A stretch of DNA of 64,000 bases from Thermoplasmata archaeon (lineage in GTDB: Archaea > Thermoplasmatota > Thermoplasmata > UBA10834), in NCBI GenBank assembly GCA_041554135.1, contig JBFFML010000008.1, positions 1,119 to 65,118 on the forward strand. The letters are read 5' to 3'. The notes beneath the pieces are model-generated. The model had not been told where the DNA came from, did no database searches, and saw nothing but the letters and a program-made list of their open reading frames with translations. This document shows, in pieces, positions 1-9,782 of this stretch. Both the position numbers and the translations under genes were made by a program. Position 1 is the first letter of the stretch, and each line of letters opens with the position of its first letter.

Positions 1-1233
1 CGATACGCGGTCAGAGACCCACTGGATGCTCGCCGACGAGATGTCGATCGGGCACTTGGCCAACGAGCACTCCGTGCAGTTCCTGCACTCGAGGGCGATC
101 ATCACGGCCTTGCCGAGCCGGACGGCGTCCGCGCCGCAAATGATGCTCTTCGGCACGTGCTCCGCGGCCGCGAGGCCTCCTCCGGAGATGATGGTAATCT
201 CGTCTCGCCTTCCCACGGACACGAGCTTCGAGTGTATCGCCTGGAGGGAGTCCTTCGCGTGCCTGCCATCGTCGCCGAACTCCATCGCGCCGTCCGTGTA
301 CTCGATGTTCGCCACGGCGACGCCCATGTCGAGCATCTCGAGCACGACGTCCTCGACGCCCCTCTCCGCCTTGAGTCGGACGGAGACGACCTTGTCCGGA
401 TGCGCCTCCGTAAGGCGATGCATGTCCTCGCGCCACGAACCGTCCGCCACGGTCTCTATCATCCGTATCCCGTCCGGGAGCTCCTCGGACGAGACGACGG
501 TCCCTGGCGGGATCATAGGGACGAGGTTCTCCTCGCATCCCTGGGGCAGTCCTTGCGACATCGATTTGAAAGGGATGAACGCGAGCGTGCCGAGCGCCTG
601 GGCGGCGACGAGTATCCCCTGGGCGACGTTATCGGGACACGGGTCCATCATCGTCAGGTCCAAGGTCATCGGTATCGGTATCTCGAAGAGCGGGGGCATC
701 TCGGTCGCCAGCCCGCCCTCGGGCGAGAACTCGAGGAAGGAGGGTATCCTCCCTATGTCGACGCTGGTGGAGATGGACTCGCGGCCGTGGATGCCGTCCC
801 TCGTGGGCCGGACTATCTCCGACATGTCGGTCCACATCGCGTCGTAGCCGTCGCCCGCGAACTTGCCCCGGTATCCCGCCCCCAGGACGGGTATCTTGCC
901 CGTCTCGGACTCGTTCCATATCGTGGTGATCCGAAGCGGCGACCACACGCCGCTGCCAAGCGACCGGTACTCCTCGCCCTCGGACATAGTGAGGGCTCCT
1001 TGGGGGCATTCGGCGACGCATCGGAAGCAGTTCTTGCAGAAATGGCTCACGGGGTCCGCCATCTTCCTCGGGTCCGACGCCGACCGGTTGTGCACGCCGA
1101 ATATGCACGCCTTCTCGCACCGGCCACAGTTGACGCAGTTGTCGGCCCGGGATATCACGAACTTGGGCACCCTCGGGGCCCTCGCCTCGACCGTCTTCAG
1201 CGGGATGTGGTAACGCTCATACATCTTCGCCAT
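1..1233 (-). CDS. Glutamate synthase (GltB FMN-domain)-like protein with N-terminal 4Fe-4S motif; C-terminus cut by window edge
   Basis: Absent from the ORF track because no stop lies in the window. Hand translation of the minus strand from ATG 1233-1231 stays open to base 1, and the frame ends exactly at 1: MAKMYERYHIPLKTVEA..CVNCGRCEKAC..ITIISGGGLAAAEHVPKSIICGADAVRLGKAVMIALEC. It has a CxxCxxCxxxC cluster motif plus GltB-type FMN-barrel motifs. The start overlaps the upstream gene stop (1217) by 17 nt. Confidence 0.8.
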   Translation of the reverse strand, partial: MAKMYERYHIPLKTVEARAPRVPKFVISRADNCVNCGRCEKACIFGVHNRSASDPRKMADPVSHFCKNCFRCVAECPQGALTMSEGEEYRSLGSGVWSPLRITTIWNESETGKIPVLGAGYRGKFAGDGYDAMWTDMSEIVRPTRDGIHGRESISTSVDIGRIPSFLEFSPEGGLATEMPPLFEIPIPMTLDLTMMDPCPDNVAQGILVAAQALGTLAFIPFKSMSQGLPQGCEENLVPMIPPGTVVSSEELPDGIRMIETVADGSWREDMHRLTEAHPDKVVSVRLKAERGVEDVVLEMLDMGVAVANIEYTDGAMEFGDDGRHAKDSLQAIHSKLVSVGRRDEITIISGGGLAAAEHVPKSIICGADAVRLGKAVMIALECRNCTECSLAKCPIDISSASIQWVSDRVS

Positions 1234-3205
1234 CACCCCCGGGACGGCTCCTCGGCGCGCCGATCACGAGGCCCTTCTTCACGAGGGCGTCGTACGCCGG
1301 TGACTCCTCGGCGAACCTCAGGAACTCATCGATCTCCCCCGCGTCCCTGCCGTGCACGCGCTCGAGCCGCCGCTCCAGCTCGTCGTACACAGGCAGGAGC
1401 TCCAGCCGGGATTGGCATACCTGCTCGCACGCCTTGCACCTCATGCACAGGAACGTCCGGTCCGAATGCTCCTTGCTTATCGGGAAGCCTCCGGCCATCG
1501 CCTTGGCAGTGAGCAGTTTGCCCCTCGCGGTCACCCTCTCGTCGCCCAGGAGCAGGTACGCGGGGCACACGCTGACGCACGAGCCGCACATGGCGCACTC
1601 GTCCGCGGCGGCCAGCACCTGGTCGCGGCTCCTGGGCTCGAACAATCTCCCGAGCGCCCTGGAGAACCGGCCCAAGAACGAGGTCGAGACCGGCGAGAAC
1701 GCGAGCAGCAGACGAAGGACTGGGCGCATCAGGCGCGGGTCGAGCATCGCGCCTCCGATCCCTGCCCATCGGCCGGAAAGCGAGAAGTACTTGCCACGGT
1801 TCATGAGACGCTCGGGGTCGAGCTTCGCCTTCAGCCGCTCGAGCCGCGCACGCTCTTCGGCGTCGGTCGACTCCGAGAAGGGATGGTTCCACACGCCCAA
1901 CGAGTACGGGCGGCCGCCCTCGTCGATGAGCGCGCAACCCAACAGCAGCGACTTGAACGCGTCGAGCGTGTAGGCGAACGTGTTGCCTTGATCGACAAGG
2001 TAGAAGCACAGCAGGAGGGCCTCTCCGTCCGGCAGGTAGTGCACCTCGAACATCGGCTCGAGGGCCATCTGCCTGCACGTCCTCTCGGCTCGGGCGATGG
2101 TAGCCGACAGCCTCCCCAGCGGCACGACGAGCTCGGTGCCCAGCATACCAGGGCCATGAGTCCTGACCTTCATCGGGAAGAAACGCTCGTTCCACAGATA
2201 CCTCGCGACGTACTCCTTCTCCTCCGAGAGTCCCAGCTCGGACAGGAGCTTTCGGAAGGCCGTGGCCGAGACCTCGCCTTCCACGTTCACGACGACCGCG
2301 TCCCTGGCGCGCAGATGGTCGCCACCGACGGACGCGGACACGTGTTTGAGCTTCGACGCGCTCTCGTAGACGATGTGGACTGGGCGGACGTCGCTGGCCA
2401 TGAGCGAGCGAGCGAACGCGAACGCCGCCTCGGGGCCGTCGAAGAGGAGCAGATGGGGGACCGCCCGCTCCGAGCATCTGGACAGCGAGAGCGTCGCGGA
2501 CGCGATCACGCCCAGTTGTCCCTCGCTTCCGAAGACCGCTCCGAACGAGTCGTCGTCTCTCGAGAATCTCCTGACATCACCGCCGGGCGACACGACATCG
2601 ATCGCGAGGACGCTCCTGCTCAGATGCCCGCGTGAGTAGGAGTTCAAGCCAAGCCCGCCGGTGGCGATCCACCCGCCCACGGTGGAGAACTTGCTGGACG
2701 GGCAAGTGGGTACGCGCAGCCCGTGGACGGAGGCCTCGTTGTCTATGTCCGCCCAGCGGACGCCCGCCTCCACGGTCACGGTCCCGCCGTCGACGTCGAG
2801 GTCGAGCACGCGATCCATCCTGGACATGTCGACGACGAGTCCGCCGGCGACGGGGACTGAGCCCCCGAACGGCGACGAGCCCGCGCCTCTCGGTATGATC
2901 GTCATGGCCTCTTCCGCCGCGCGCTTCATCACGTCCGAGAGGGCGGCGACGGACAGCGGCTGCACGACCGCGTCGGGCATGTTCCTGAAGATGAACGTCC
3001 TGAGCATCTGTGGGATGTACGATTGGTCCCTCGAGTACAACAGCCGCTCCCCCCGGCTCGATATGACCCGCAGTTCGACCGAGGCGCCTTCGGCCAAAGC
3101 CCTATACGCGCCGTTCGGCACGCTGTCGTCCTTGGCGGAAAATGTCGTCAGAGGAGAGGGTGGGCCGTCGCCAGAAATAGCCCGGCCTACACCTGACGAT
3201 GCCAT
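1217..3205 (-). CDS. FAD-linked oxidase (GlcD / D-lactate dehydrogenase-like) fused to a C-terminal 2x[4Fe-4S] domain
   Basis: ORF 1217..3262. The N-half is FAD-binding PCMH-type (IIPRGAGSSPFGGSVPVAGGLVVDMSRM). The C-terminus has CAMCGSCVSVCP and CMRCKACEQVCQ motifs. Start placed at ATG 3205 (MASSGV) because GAGGTGGGG lies 4-7 nt upstream. The longest-ORF start at 3262 is not excluded. Confidence 0.85.
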   Translation of the reverse strand: MASSGVGRAISGDGPPSPLTTFSAKDDSVPNGAYRALAEGASVELRVISSRGERLLYSRDQSYIPQMLRTFIFRNMPDAVVQPLSVAALSDVMKRAAEEAMTIIPRGAGSSPFGGSVPVAGGLVVDMSRMDRVLDLDVDGGTVTVEAGVRWADIDNEASVHGLRVPTCPSSKFSTVGGWIATGGLGLNSYSRGHLSRSVLAIDVVSPGGDVRRFSRDDDSFGAVFGSEGQLGVIASATLSLSRCSERAVPHLLLFDGPEAAFAFARSLMASDVRPVHIVYESASKLKHVSASVGGDHLRARDAVVVNVEGEVSATAFRKLLSELGLSEEKEYVARYLWNERFFPMKVRTHGPGMLGTELVVPLGRLSATIARAERTCRQMALEPMFEVHYLPDGEALLLCFYLVDQGNTFAYTLDAFKSLLLGCALIDEGGRPYSLGVWNHPFSESTDAEERARLERLKAKLDPERLMNRGKYFSLSGRWAGIGGAMLDPRLMRPVLRLLLAFSPVSTSFLGRFSRALGRLFEPRSRDQVLAAADECAMCGSCVSVCPAYLLLGDERVTARGKLLTAKAMAGGFPISKEHSDRTFLCMRCKACEQVCQSRLELLPVYDELERRLERVHGRDAGEIDEFLRFAEESPAYDALVKKGLVIGAPRSRPGGDGEDV

Positions 3206-3649
3206 GTGTCCCCACCTCAGGAAGGGAGGTATCCCGAACTCCGTCCCCCGAGCCGAGAGCAACCACCATGAGAACCATGCTCCGTCCAGGAGCGGCGATC
3301 CAAACAGATGCGAGGACAGTTGCTCACTGGTGTCTTGCTCCTAAGACGAAAGCGCTGTACGCAGAGACCGTATTTAGCCCTTTCTGAGCACAACCCGCCA
3401 ATTGCACGATTTGGCGCATGGCAGAGCGGCGTTTGTCGGCATTCTGCCGACGGTACCGGTCCGTTCGCGGTCATTGGCGAGCAATAGTATATATACGATG
3501 AACTTTACATTACTCACCCGGCACTGGTTGTGTGCCAAGCGATACGAGAAAGCCCGACTTTCGACAGAGCGAAGATTTGTTTCTCCGAGCGATGGTTTGA
3601 GTTTTTGAGTAACTGCAAGGTATCAACAGCGCCGACAGCAAAAGGAAGA

Positions 3650-4141
3650 ATGAGCATGGAAGACAACACTGAAGACAGTGGCACGGAAGAACAGAGCGTG
3701 GAGACGAAGATCAAGGACCTCAACCCGCATTCGAAGCGCGTTGACGTCTTTGCGAAGTGCCTCGAAGTAGGCGAGCCGAAGGAGATACCAGGTAGGTTCG
3801 GCGGCTCGCGAAAGGTGGCTGAGGCCACGATAGCTGACGAGACGGGAGCAATAGTTCTGTCCCTCTGGGACGACCAGATCGGGACTTTGACAAAGGACGA
3901 TGTCCTGCAGATCAAGAACGGATACGTATCCCTCGTCAGGGGACACATGCGTTTGAACGTGGGTAAGTACGGGACGCTCGACAAGGGCGACGGTGGCTTG
4001 GACGAGGTCATGACGGACCCGAACATGAGCGACAAGGAGTACGAGCAGCCTCCGAGGCGGAACCGCAGCGGCGGCGGAAGGCCCAGGGACAGGGACCGCG
4101 ACTCGGGCGGATACGGCGGCGGCATGAGAAGGCGCTTCTGA
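3650..4141 (+). CDS. Single OB-fold ssDNA-binding protein (SSB-like) with Arg/Gly/Asp-rich flexible tail
   Basis: ORF 3530..4141, with the start moved to ATG 3650 (MSMEDNT). OB-fold-like core: VDVFAKCLEVGEPKEI..RKVAEATIADETGAIVLSLWDDQIG..LQIKNGYVSLVRGHMRLNVGKYG. Tail: RRNRSGGGRPRDRDRDSGGYGGG. Confidence 0.65.
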   Translation: MSMEDNTEDSGTEEQSVETKIKDLNPHSKRVDVFAKCLEVGEPKEIPGRFGGSRKVAEATIADETGAIVLSLWDDQIGTLTKDDVLQIKNGYVSLVRGHMRLNVGKYGTLDKGDGGLDEVMTDPNMSDKEYEQPPRRNRSGGGRPRDRDRDSGGYGGGMRRRF

Positions 4142-4432
4142 GGCCATCGCGGTAAAGACCGTACAAAGGCGGCTCCGCACGATAGCGACACGGGCCGCCC
4201 CAAAACCCTTATCTTTCGTTTTCCGAAGAAGTTACTTGGCGGGCGCCGTCCAATCTAACCATTGGAGGATATCTGTCTGCGTCGGACCGCGTTTTCGGTT
4301 CTTCATACTGTTCAGAGCGGTGGAATGGACCAGGAACGAAGTTGCGCCGCAATATACGACAGTCGTCGGAGACACGGCCAGGTTGTGACAATGAGATACG
4401 ACTACTGCCTGGTGTTTCAAGTATCGCGGATA

Positions 4433-5791
4433 TCACTCACGGCCAGCGATCCCCCTTCGCGCGTCTCGGATATGACTGGTGACCTTCACACGCGTATTTC
4501 GGATGATCTCCATCAAACGCCAATACTCATCGAGCATGTGCCACATATCGGGATTGTTTGCCATCATACGCGGCAGAAGCGAGATGCATTCATCCATGTA
4601 CTTGCCCAGCCTGGGTCTGGCGATTGGCACGTCGTCGCAGACGGGTAGTCTATGGCCCGCCAGGCGTGACAAGTCCATCCTTGCCTTTATATCGACTTTC
4701 TTATGCCTCATGCCACCCTGAGATTCGATAATCTTGTCAACCCCAACCTGACTCAGCTCGGCCCTGTTCGCCCGTCGTAGTTTTTCGAGCAGGCCATCAG
4801 CGAACTGAGTCCGCGTAACCACGACTGAAGTCCCGGACGAGTCGTTGGCGGATTCGGGAAGCCATGCGTCACCGAATGAGATGTCGGCAAGCTCAGATGC
4901 GTAGTCGTCGCAAAGACGACAGCGATGTGGGACAAAGGACCTGAAACGGGCGTCGTAGTATCTCATCAGTTCGACCTCTTTGACAGCCCCGCTCTTTGTC
5001 CACACGCGTCCCTTGCCAGGCCACCCTTCTCCCCGGTATCGGATCTCAGTCACGTCCCGTTCGGGGACCCCATATTTCTGAAGCAAGAAACTTGTTCCAA
5101 AGTAGCTTATTGACATCTTGCAGAAGAGGCCGATCCGCAAGACGATCCTGGCCCTCAGGGTGTCGTTCAGCCTCTCGAACTTCCTAATCCCGACAATGTG
5201 GCAAGGCAGGCCGACCACAGCATATCTCCCGTTCATGCTCAAGACGTCCTTCAAGGCGACATTCGTGGATACGGGACAGTACTTGCTGCCTGATGCTTGG
5301 AGTATCTCCTCCTGGTTCCTGGCGATAAACGTCTCTGATTCAAGCGGGTTGTCCTGCCTCATCCTCGTAACCAAAGCACCATCGATCAGCCCTTCCTCCA
5401 GTGCGAACAACAGTAACTCAGTCACCAATCCGCCTGAAGAGGCTCTCCGCCTGAGTGCGGCGTCTGTAGAGAAACCGAGGTAGCATTTCGAGTAACTGCC
5501 AGTCCTTCGATCATATGCGTTACCACTGAATATCTGACGGCTCAGATCAGCCAAGCCAAACCCGGGGCCGGGGCATACGCGGACGCAGGCTCCGCATTCT
5601 TCACATGACACGCCATCTACTTCCGGGACATAGACACCTGTCTCGGAAGACCGGACAATGCTTATTGAATCATTCGGACAAATCGACGCACACGTTCCAC
5701 AGCCTGTGCACAGCCCATTCCGCGCTATAGTTGAGACGTTCACCTGCACCACTTCAATAGGGATAACGGGGTCCAAAGACATGCTGTGCAT
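4433..5791 (-). CDS. FrhB/FdhB-family (coenzyme F420 hydrogenase/dehydrogenase beta-like) protein with N-terminal 2x[4Fe-4S] ferredoxin
   Basis: ORF 4433..5920. Motifs: CTGCGTCASICP and CEECGACVRVCPG, then SGGLVTELLLFALEEGLIDGALV and YAVVGLPCHIVGIRKF (FrhB N/C-domain-like). Start at ATG 5791 (MHSMSLD) is tentative. The gene is visibly lower in GC than its neighbours. Confidence 0.75.
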   Translation of the reverse strand: MHSMSLDPVIPIEVVQVNVSTIARNGLCTGCGTCASICPNDSISIVRSSETGVYVPEVDGVSCEECGACVRVCPGPGFGLADLSRQIFSGNAYDRRTGSYSKCYLGFSTDAALRRRASSGGLVTELLLFALEEGLIDGALVTRMRQDNPLESETFIARNQEEILQASGSKYCPVSTNVALKDVLSMNGRYAVVGLPCHIVGIRKFERLNDTLRARIVLRIGLFCKMSISYFGTSFLLQKYGVPERDVTEIRYRGEGWPGKGRVWTKSGAVKEVELMRYYDARFRSFVPHRCRLCDDYASELADISFGDAWLPESANDSSGTSVVVTRTQFADGLLEKLRRANRAELSQVGVDKIIESQGGMRHKKVDIKARMDLSRLAGHRLPVCDDVPIARPRLGKYMDECISLLPRMMANNPDMWHMLDEYWRLMEIIRNTRVKVTSHIRDARRGIAGRE

Positions 5792-6221
5792 TCGCTGAAT
5801 ATCTGCACCGTCGTGCCGCAAAGGCTGTTCATTCCAACCATCTTTGCGGAGGAGATGAGTGTCGTGCTGAGAGTCAATGCAGAGACTATCGAATAGAGGA
5901 CACGAACCATATCCAAACACTCCAACAGAGTCATTCTAACGGAAGCCTATCTGCTGTATATGACAGTTGTGAGGACACCAGATGGGAAAGGAGCATGTGT
6001 GGCGAAGGCCGCGGGAGGGAGGAAACCGGCTTGAAGCGCCCTCCTCGAATCGCCACTCCCGCCGATTGGGGGCTCCCGGCAACTCCCAAACTGGCAATGA
6101 ACTCCGTCGCCCATCGCGTAGGTCACAGGAATTCGCCACGCTATGGCGGACCAACGAAGGTATCATGTCCTCACTAAGGCAATACGAACGTGCCACAGCC
6201 GAGTGACAAGGGGGAGAGTGG

Positions 6222-6908
6222 ATGACGAGGGTGATAGCGCTCAACTGCAGCCCGCGCATGGAGAAGGGGAACACGGCACAGGTCTTCGACCCGTTCGTGA
6301 CAGGCATGAGGGGAGCGGGAGCGGACGTGGAGTTGGTCCACACCAAGAGACTGAAGATTCAACCTTGCATAGGTGATTTCCAGTGTTGGTACAAAACACC
6401 TGGCATATGCCGGTTCGACGACGACGTCCCCGCATTGCTGGAGAGGATGGCCCGGGCCGATATCTGGGCGTTCGGAGTCCCGGTCTACGCCAAGCTACCA
6501 GGCGAACTGCAGAACCTGTTGAACCGGACCATGCCGCTGTTCGACCCCAAGGTCGTGATCCGCGGAGGGGCGCTCCTGCCCAGCCGACGGGACGGCTTGG
6601 AGCTGAAGACCATCGCGCTAGTCTCCTCGTGCGCATATTGGGGGCTGGAGAACTTCGAGCTGCTAATCGCCAACTTCGAATTCCTCGCGAAGGCCTTCGA
6701 CGTCAAGCTCGCCAGGTCTCTGCTCAGGCCCAACTCGGACCTCTTCGCGAAGATGGCTAGAGACGGCGACGACAGCCTCGGCATACTCGCAGCCTCGGAG
6801 CGGGCGGGTGCCCAGCTCGTCAAGCGCGGCAGCATCCGGAAGGAGGCGGCGGAGGCCGTTCAGGTCCCGCTCATGACATTGAAGGAATTCATGGCGAACG
6901 CAGGATGA
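6222..6908 (+). CDS. Flavodoxin-like fold NADPH-dependent FMN reductase / iron-sulfur flavoprotein family protein
   Basis: MTRVIALNCSPRMEKGNT..ADIWAFGVPVYAKLPGELQNLLNRT is typical of the FMN_red/ISF family. The SD-like GGGGGAG lies upstream of ATG 6222. Confidence 0.7.
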   Translation: MTRVIALNCSPRMEKGNTAQVFDPFVTGMRGAGADVELVHTKRLKIQPCIGDFQCWYKTPGICRFDDDVPALLERMARADIWAFGVPVYAKLPGELQNLLNRTMPLFDPKVVIRGGALLPSRRDGLELKTIALVSSCAYWGLENFELLIANFEFLAKAFDVKLARSLLRPNSDLFAKMARDGDDSLGILAASERAGAQLVKRGSIRKEAAEAVQVPLMTLKEFMANAG

Positions 6909-6987
6909 CCGGAATGGGACGGCGAAACTCGACCGCGCAGGAGGCCGTGAGGGACCTTTTCGCTTCGACCATTCGGCCGACGACGTA

Positions 6988-8223
6988 TCATGCGCCCTGC
7001 CTGATCCTGGCCTCCGCGGCGCTCTCGGGCCTGTCGATCGCCGGTCCCACCCTCCGGGCGAAGAAGACGTAACCCAGGCAAGAGAGAGCACCGACCGTTC
7101 CGAACAGCAGCCATATCACGGAGGCGTCTGTCAGCGCGCCCAGCAGATACATGCCGACCACGAACCCAAGGCCGCTGCCGATCTGCTGCACCATCCCGGA
7201 GAAGCCCATGTAGACGCCTCTCTCCGTCTCCGGGGAGAGGTCCGCTATTATCGCGGAGATGATGGACATGTAGAGTATCTCGCCGAGCGTGATCACCACG
7301 ATGCATCCGGTCAGGGTGAGGAAGTCCGTCGCCAGGAATATGATGCCGAACCCGACTGAGGCGACCAACTGCCCACTCGCCAACACCACGGACCGACGAA
7401 ACTTGACCATCTGCGACGTCACCCACATCTGCAGCGTGACGACCATGACTGCGCTTACCGCGAACAGTATGCCGAACATCTCCTCGCTGATGCCGAGGGT
7501 TTCGAAAGCGTAGACCGGGAGCACGGACACCCATTGGGCGAAGAAGAACCAGAATATCGCGCTGAGCGAACATAGTATCAGGAACGGCCTGTCGCGGCGC
7601 ACCGACATGACGGCCCTGAACGTGATCGCCGTGGACGTGATCTTCTCCGGCCGGGTCTCCCTTATGAATATGAAGTTCAGGACGAACGCGCTGGCCAGGA
7701 TGAGGGCCCCGAACACGAACAGGACTCGGATCGACTGAGAGGCAACGATCAGCCAGCCTAGGACGGGGCCGAACACGATGCCCACGTTCCAGGCCACCCT
7801 GAGGGCGCTGTACGCCCTCGGCCTGTCGATGGGCTTCACGATATCGGCTATCATGGCGTTGGCTGCGGGCATGTACATCGAACCGACGAAGGAATCTGCG
7901 AGGACCAGCAGCATGAGCGTCACGAAGCTGTTCGCGAAGAAGTACATGAACATCGTCAGCGACATCAAGCCCAGGCTTGCCAGGAGGACCGGTCTTCTCC
8001 CGATCTTGTCCGCCAGCATCCCGCCGATTATCATCGAGGGGACGCCGGCGACCGTATACCCTGCCAGGACGACCCCTGCTTTCCATTCCTCCAGCCCGAC
8101 GTCCAAGGTGATGAACAGGGCAAGGTAAGGGATTATCAGGCCGAACGCCGTGTTCTCGATGAGCGCGCTAGCTACCAGCACCTTGTAGGTTCTGGGGAAT
8201 CCCTTGAGGTCATCGAGTACCAT
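6988..8223 (-). CDS. MFS transporter
   Basis: ORF 6988..8295. It has about 12 hydrophobic helices and the MFS loop motif GGMLADKIGRRPVL. Start set at ATG 8223 (MVLDDLKGF). Confidence 0.8.
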   Translation of the reverse strand: MVLDDLKGFPRTYKVLVASALIENTAFGLIIPYLALFITLDVGLEEWKAGVVLAGYTVAGVPSMIIGGMLADKIGRRPVLLASLGLMSLTMFMYFFANSFVTLMLLVLADSFVGSMYMPAANAMIADIVKPIDRPRAYSALRVAWNVGIVFGPVLGWLIVASQSIRVLFVFGALILASAFVLNFIFIRETRPEKITSTAITFRAVMSVRRDRPFLILCSLSAIFWFFFAQWVSVLPVYAFETLGISEEMFGILFAVSAVMVVTLQMWVTSQMVKFRRSVVLASGQLVASVGFGIIFLATDFLTLTGCIVVITLGEILYMSIISAIIADLSPETERGVYMGFSGMVQQIGSGLGFVVGMYLLGALTDASVIWLLFGTVGALSCLGYVFFARRVGPAIDRPESAAEARIRQGA

Positions 8224-8345
8224 ATTCACGCCCCGCTTGACTGTATCTGTCGGAGCAGCGCCCGACAGCGATGTCGAATACGAGCTGGTCCTCACAAAGA
8301 AGGTTATTATTACCTGCTCCGCATTCTTGTCTTCGGCTCGTGAGT

Positions 8346-9782
8346 ATGTCGATTTGCCAAATAAGCATTCTGTCTAGTGACGATATCGAGCAGGTACACG
8401 AGAACACGCTCTACGTGCTCGAGGAAACCGGCGTCAAAGTGCTGAGCGAGAAAGCCTTGGACCTGCTCGAGCACGGCGGCGCCCTGGTCGACCGAGAGAT
8501 CATGACCGCATACCTCACCGAACACATGGTGAACGAGGCGGTCAAGGCGATGCCGAAGCGGATATCACTGTGTTCGAGGGACCCTGCGCGTGACATGACG
8601 GCCCCGAGGCGAGGGCCGCCGTACATGGCGACCAACGGCACGGCGGTGTACATGCGCGATATCGAGACCGGCGAGAAGCGCGCGACGATGGGCAAGGACC
8701 TGAAGGACTTCACGGTCCTCAGCGACGCAATCGACTCGATCGACTACATATGGCCGATCGTCACGGCTCAGGACGGGCCTGAGAACGCGCGTGGGCTGAA
8801 CGACCTCGTGATATCGCTCCGCAACTCCACGAAGCACTTCCAGGGCGAGGGCATGTCGGAGAAGGAGGCGGAGGACATGGCGCGCGTCGCAGCCGCCGTG
8901 GTCGGAGGCGAGGACGAGCTCGCTAAGAGGCCGATATTCTCGACGATACAGTGTCCCATATGTCCGTTGGAGTTCGAGAAAGGCTCCGTCGAGGCGACGA
9001 TGGCGTTCGCGAGGGCAGGCATCCCCGTGGTGTCGATGTCGATGGCGCTGTGCGGCCTCACGGCGCCGGTCACGCTGGCGTCGGCGATCACCATCGTCAA
9101 CGCGGAGAACCTCGCCAGCTTCGTGATATCGCAGCTGGCCAAACCAGGCGCGCCTGTGGTCTACAGCTCGGAGTCGAGCATCATCAACATGCGCACAGGG
9201 GAGATCAAGTACGGCTCGATCGAGGAGGTCATCATCGCGGCGGCCGTCGGGCAGATGGCGAAGTCGTACGACGCCCCGACGATGGTCGGCGGCTTCGGAC
9301 TCGGGCTGCGTGGGGATGAGCCCGGCATATCCGCGACGGCGGCGGAGACGGCGATGGCGGCGATGGTCAACCTGTCGATGACGGACTTCTCATCCGGCAT
9401 AGGAGGACTCGACCAGGCAAAGGGTGCGGCGCTGGAGCAGATAATCATAGACGCCGACGTCTGGGAGGCGATAAGGGAGATCCGCAGGGACGTCGCCTTC
9501 GACGATGACCACTTCGCGGTCGACCTCATCGAGAAGGTCGGTCCTGGGGGCAACTTCCTCCGGGAGCCGCACACGGTGAGGAACATGCGCAATGAGCTGT
9601 TCATCCCCGATTCGGACAAGGCCGCGCTCTACGACCTCTACAGCGTGATGACAGGCAACAAGGGCATCGTCGAGCAGGCGAGGAAGAGGGCGAGGGACAT
9701 CCTGTCGGAGCACAGGCCTGAGCCGCTGGACGGGGACGCTGACAAGGCGATCGACGATATCATGGCCGAGTACGCGAGATGA
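8346..9782 (+). CDS. MttB-superfamily (trimethylamine methyltransferase family) corrinoid-dependent methyltransferase, no in-frame amber codon
   Basis: ORF 8271..9782, start set at ATG 8346. N-terminus MSICQISILSSDDIEQVHENTLYVLEETGVKV. The protein is collinear with the paralogs at 51312..52745 and 53855..55321 (shared blocks such as AFARAGIPVV.MSM.LCG..APVT). The reading frame is uninterrupted. Confidence 0.85.
   Translation: MSICQISILSSDDIEQVHENTLYVLEETGVKVLSEKALDLLEHGGALVDREIMTAYLTEHMVNEAVKAMPKRISLCSRDPARDMTAPRRGPPYMATNGTAVYMRDIETGEKRATMGKDLKDFTVLSDAIDSIDYIWPIVTAQDGPENARGLNDLVISLRNSTKHFQGEGMSEKEAEDMARVAAAVVGGEDELAKRPIFSTIQCPICPLEFEKGSVEATMAFARAGIPVVSMSMALCGLTAPVTLASAITIVNAENLASFVISQLAKPGAPVVYSSESSIINMRTGEIKYGSIEEVIIAAAVGQMAKSYDAPTMVGGFGLGLRGDEPGISATAAETAMAAMVNLSMTDFSSGIGGLDQAKGAALEQIIIDADVWEAIREIRRDVAFDDDHFAVDLIEKVGPGGNFLREPHTVRNMRNELFIPDSDKAALYDLYSVMTGNKGIVEQARKRARDILSEHRPEPLDGDADKAIDDIMAEYAR

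Noticed and set aside
26-1512. Plus-strand ORFs 26..847 and 157..1512, and minus-strand ORFs 11..538 and 629..1120
   Set aside because: None has recognisable motifs. The unlisted minus-strand frame ending at base 1 encodes a clear ferredoxin and GltB-like protein.
4209-4436. Small minus-strand ORFs (75 aa and 62 aa) between the SSB and FrhB-like genes
   Set aside because: They have no SD, no motifs and poor composition. One overlaps the FrhB-like stop. They are treated as non-coding.
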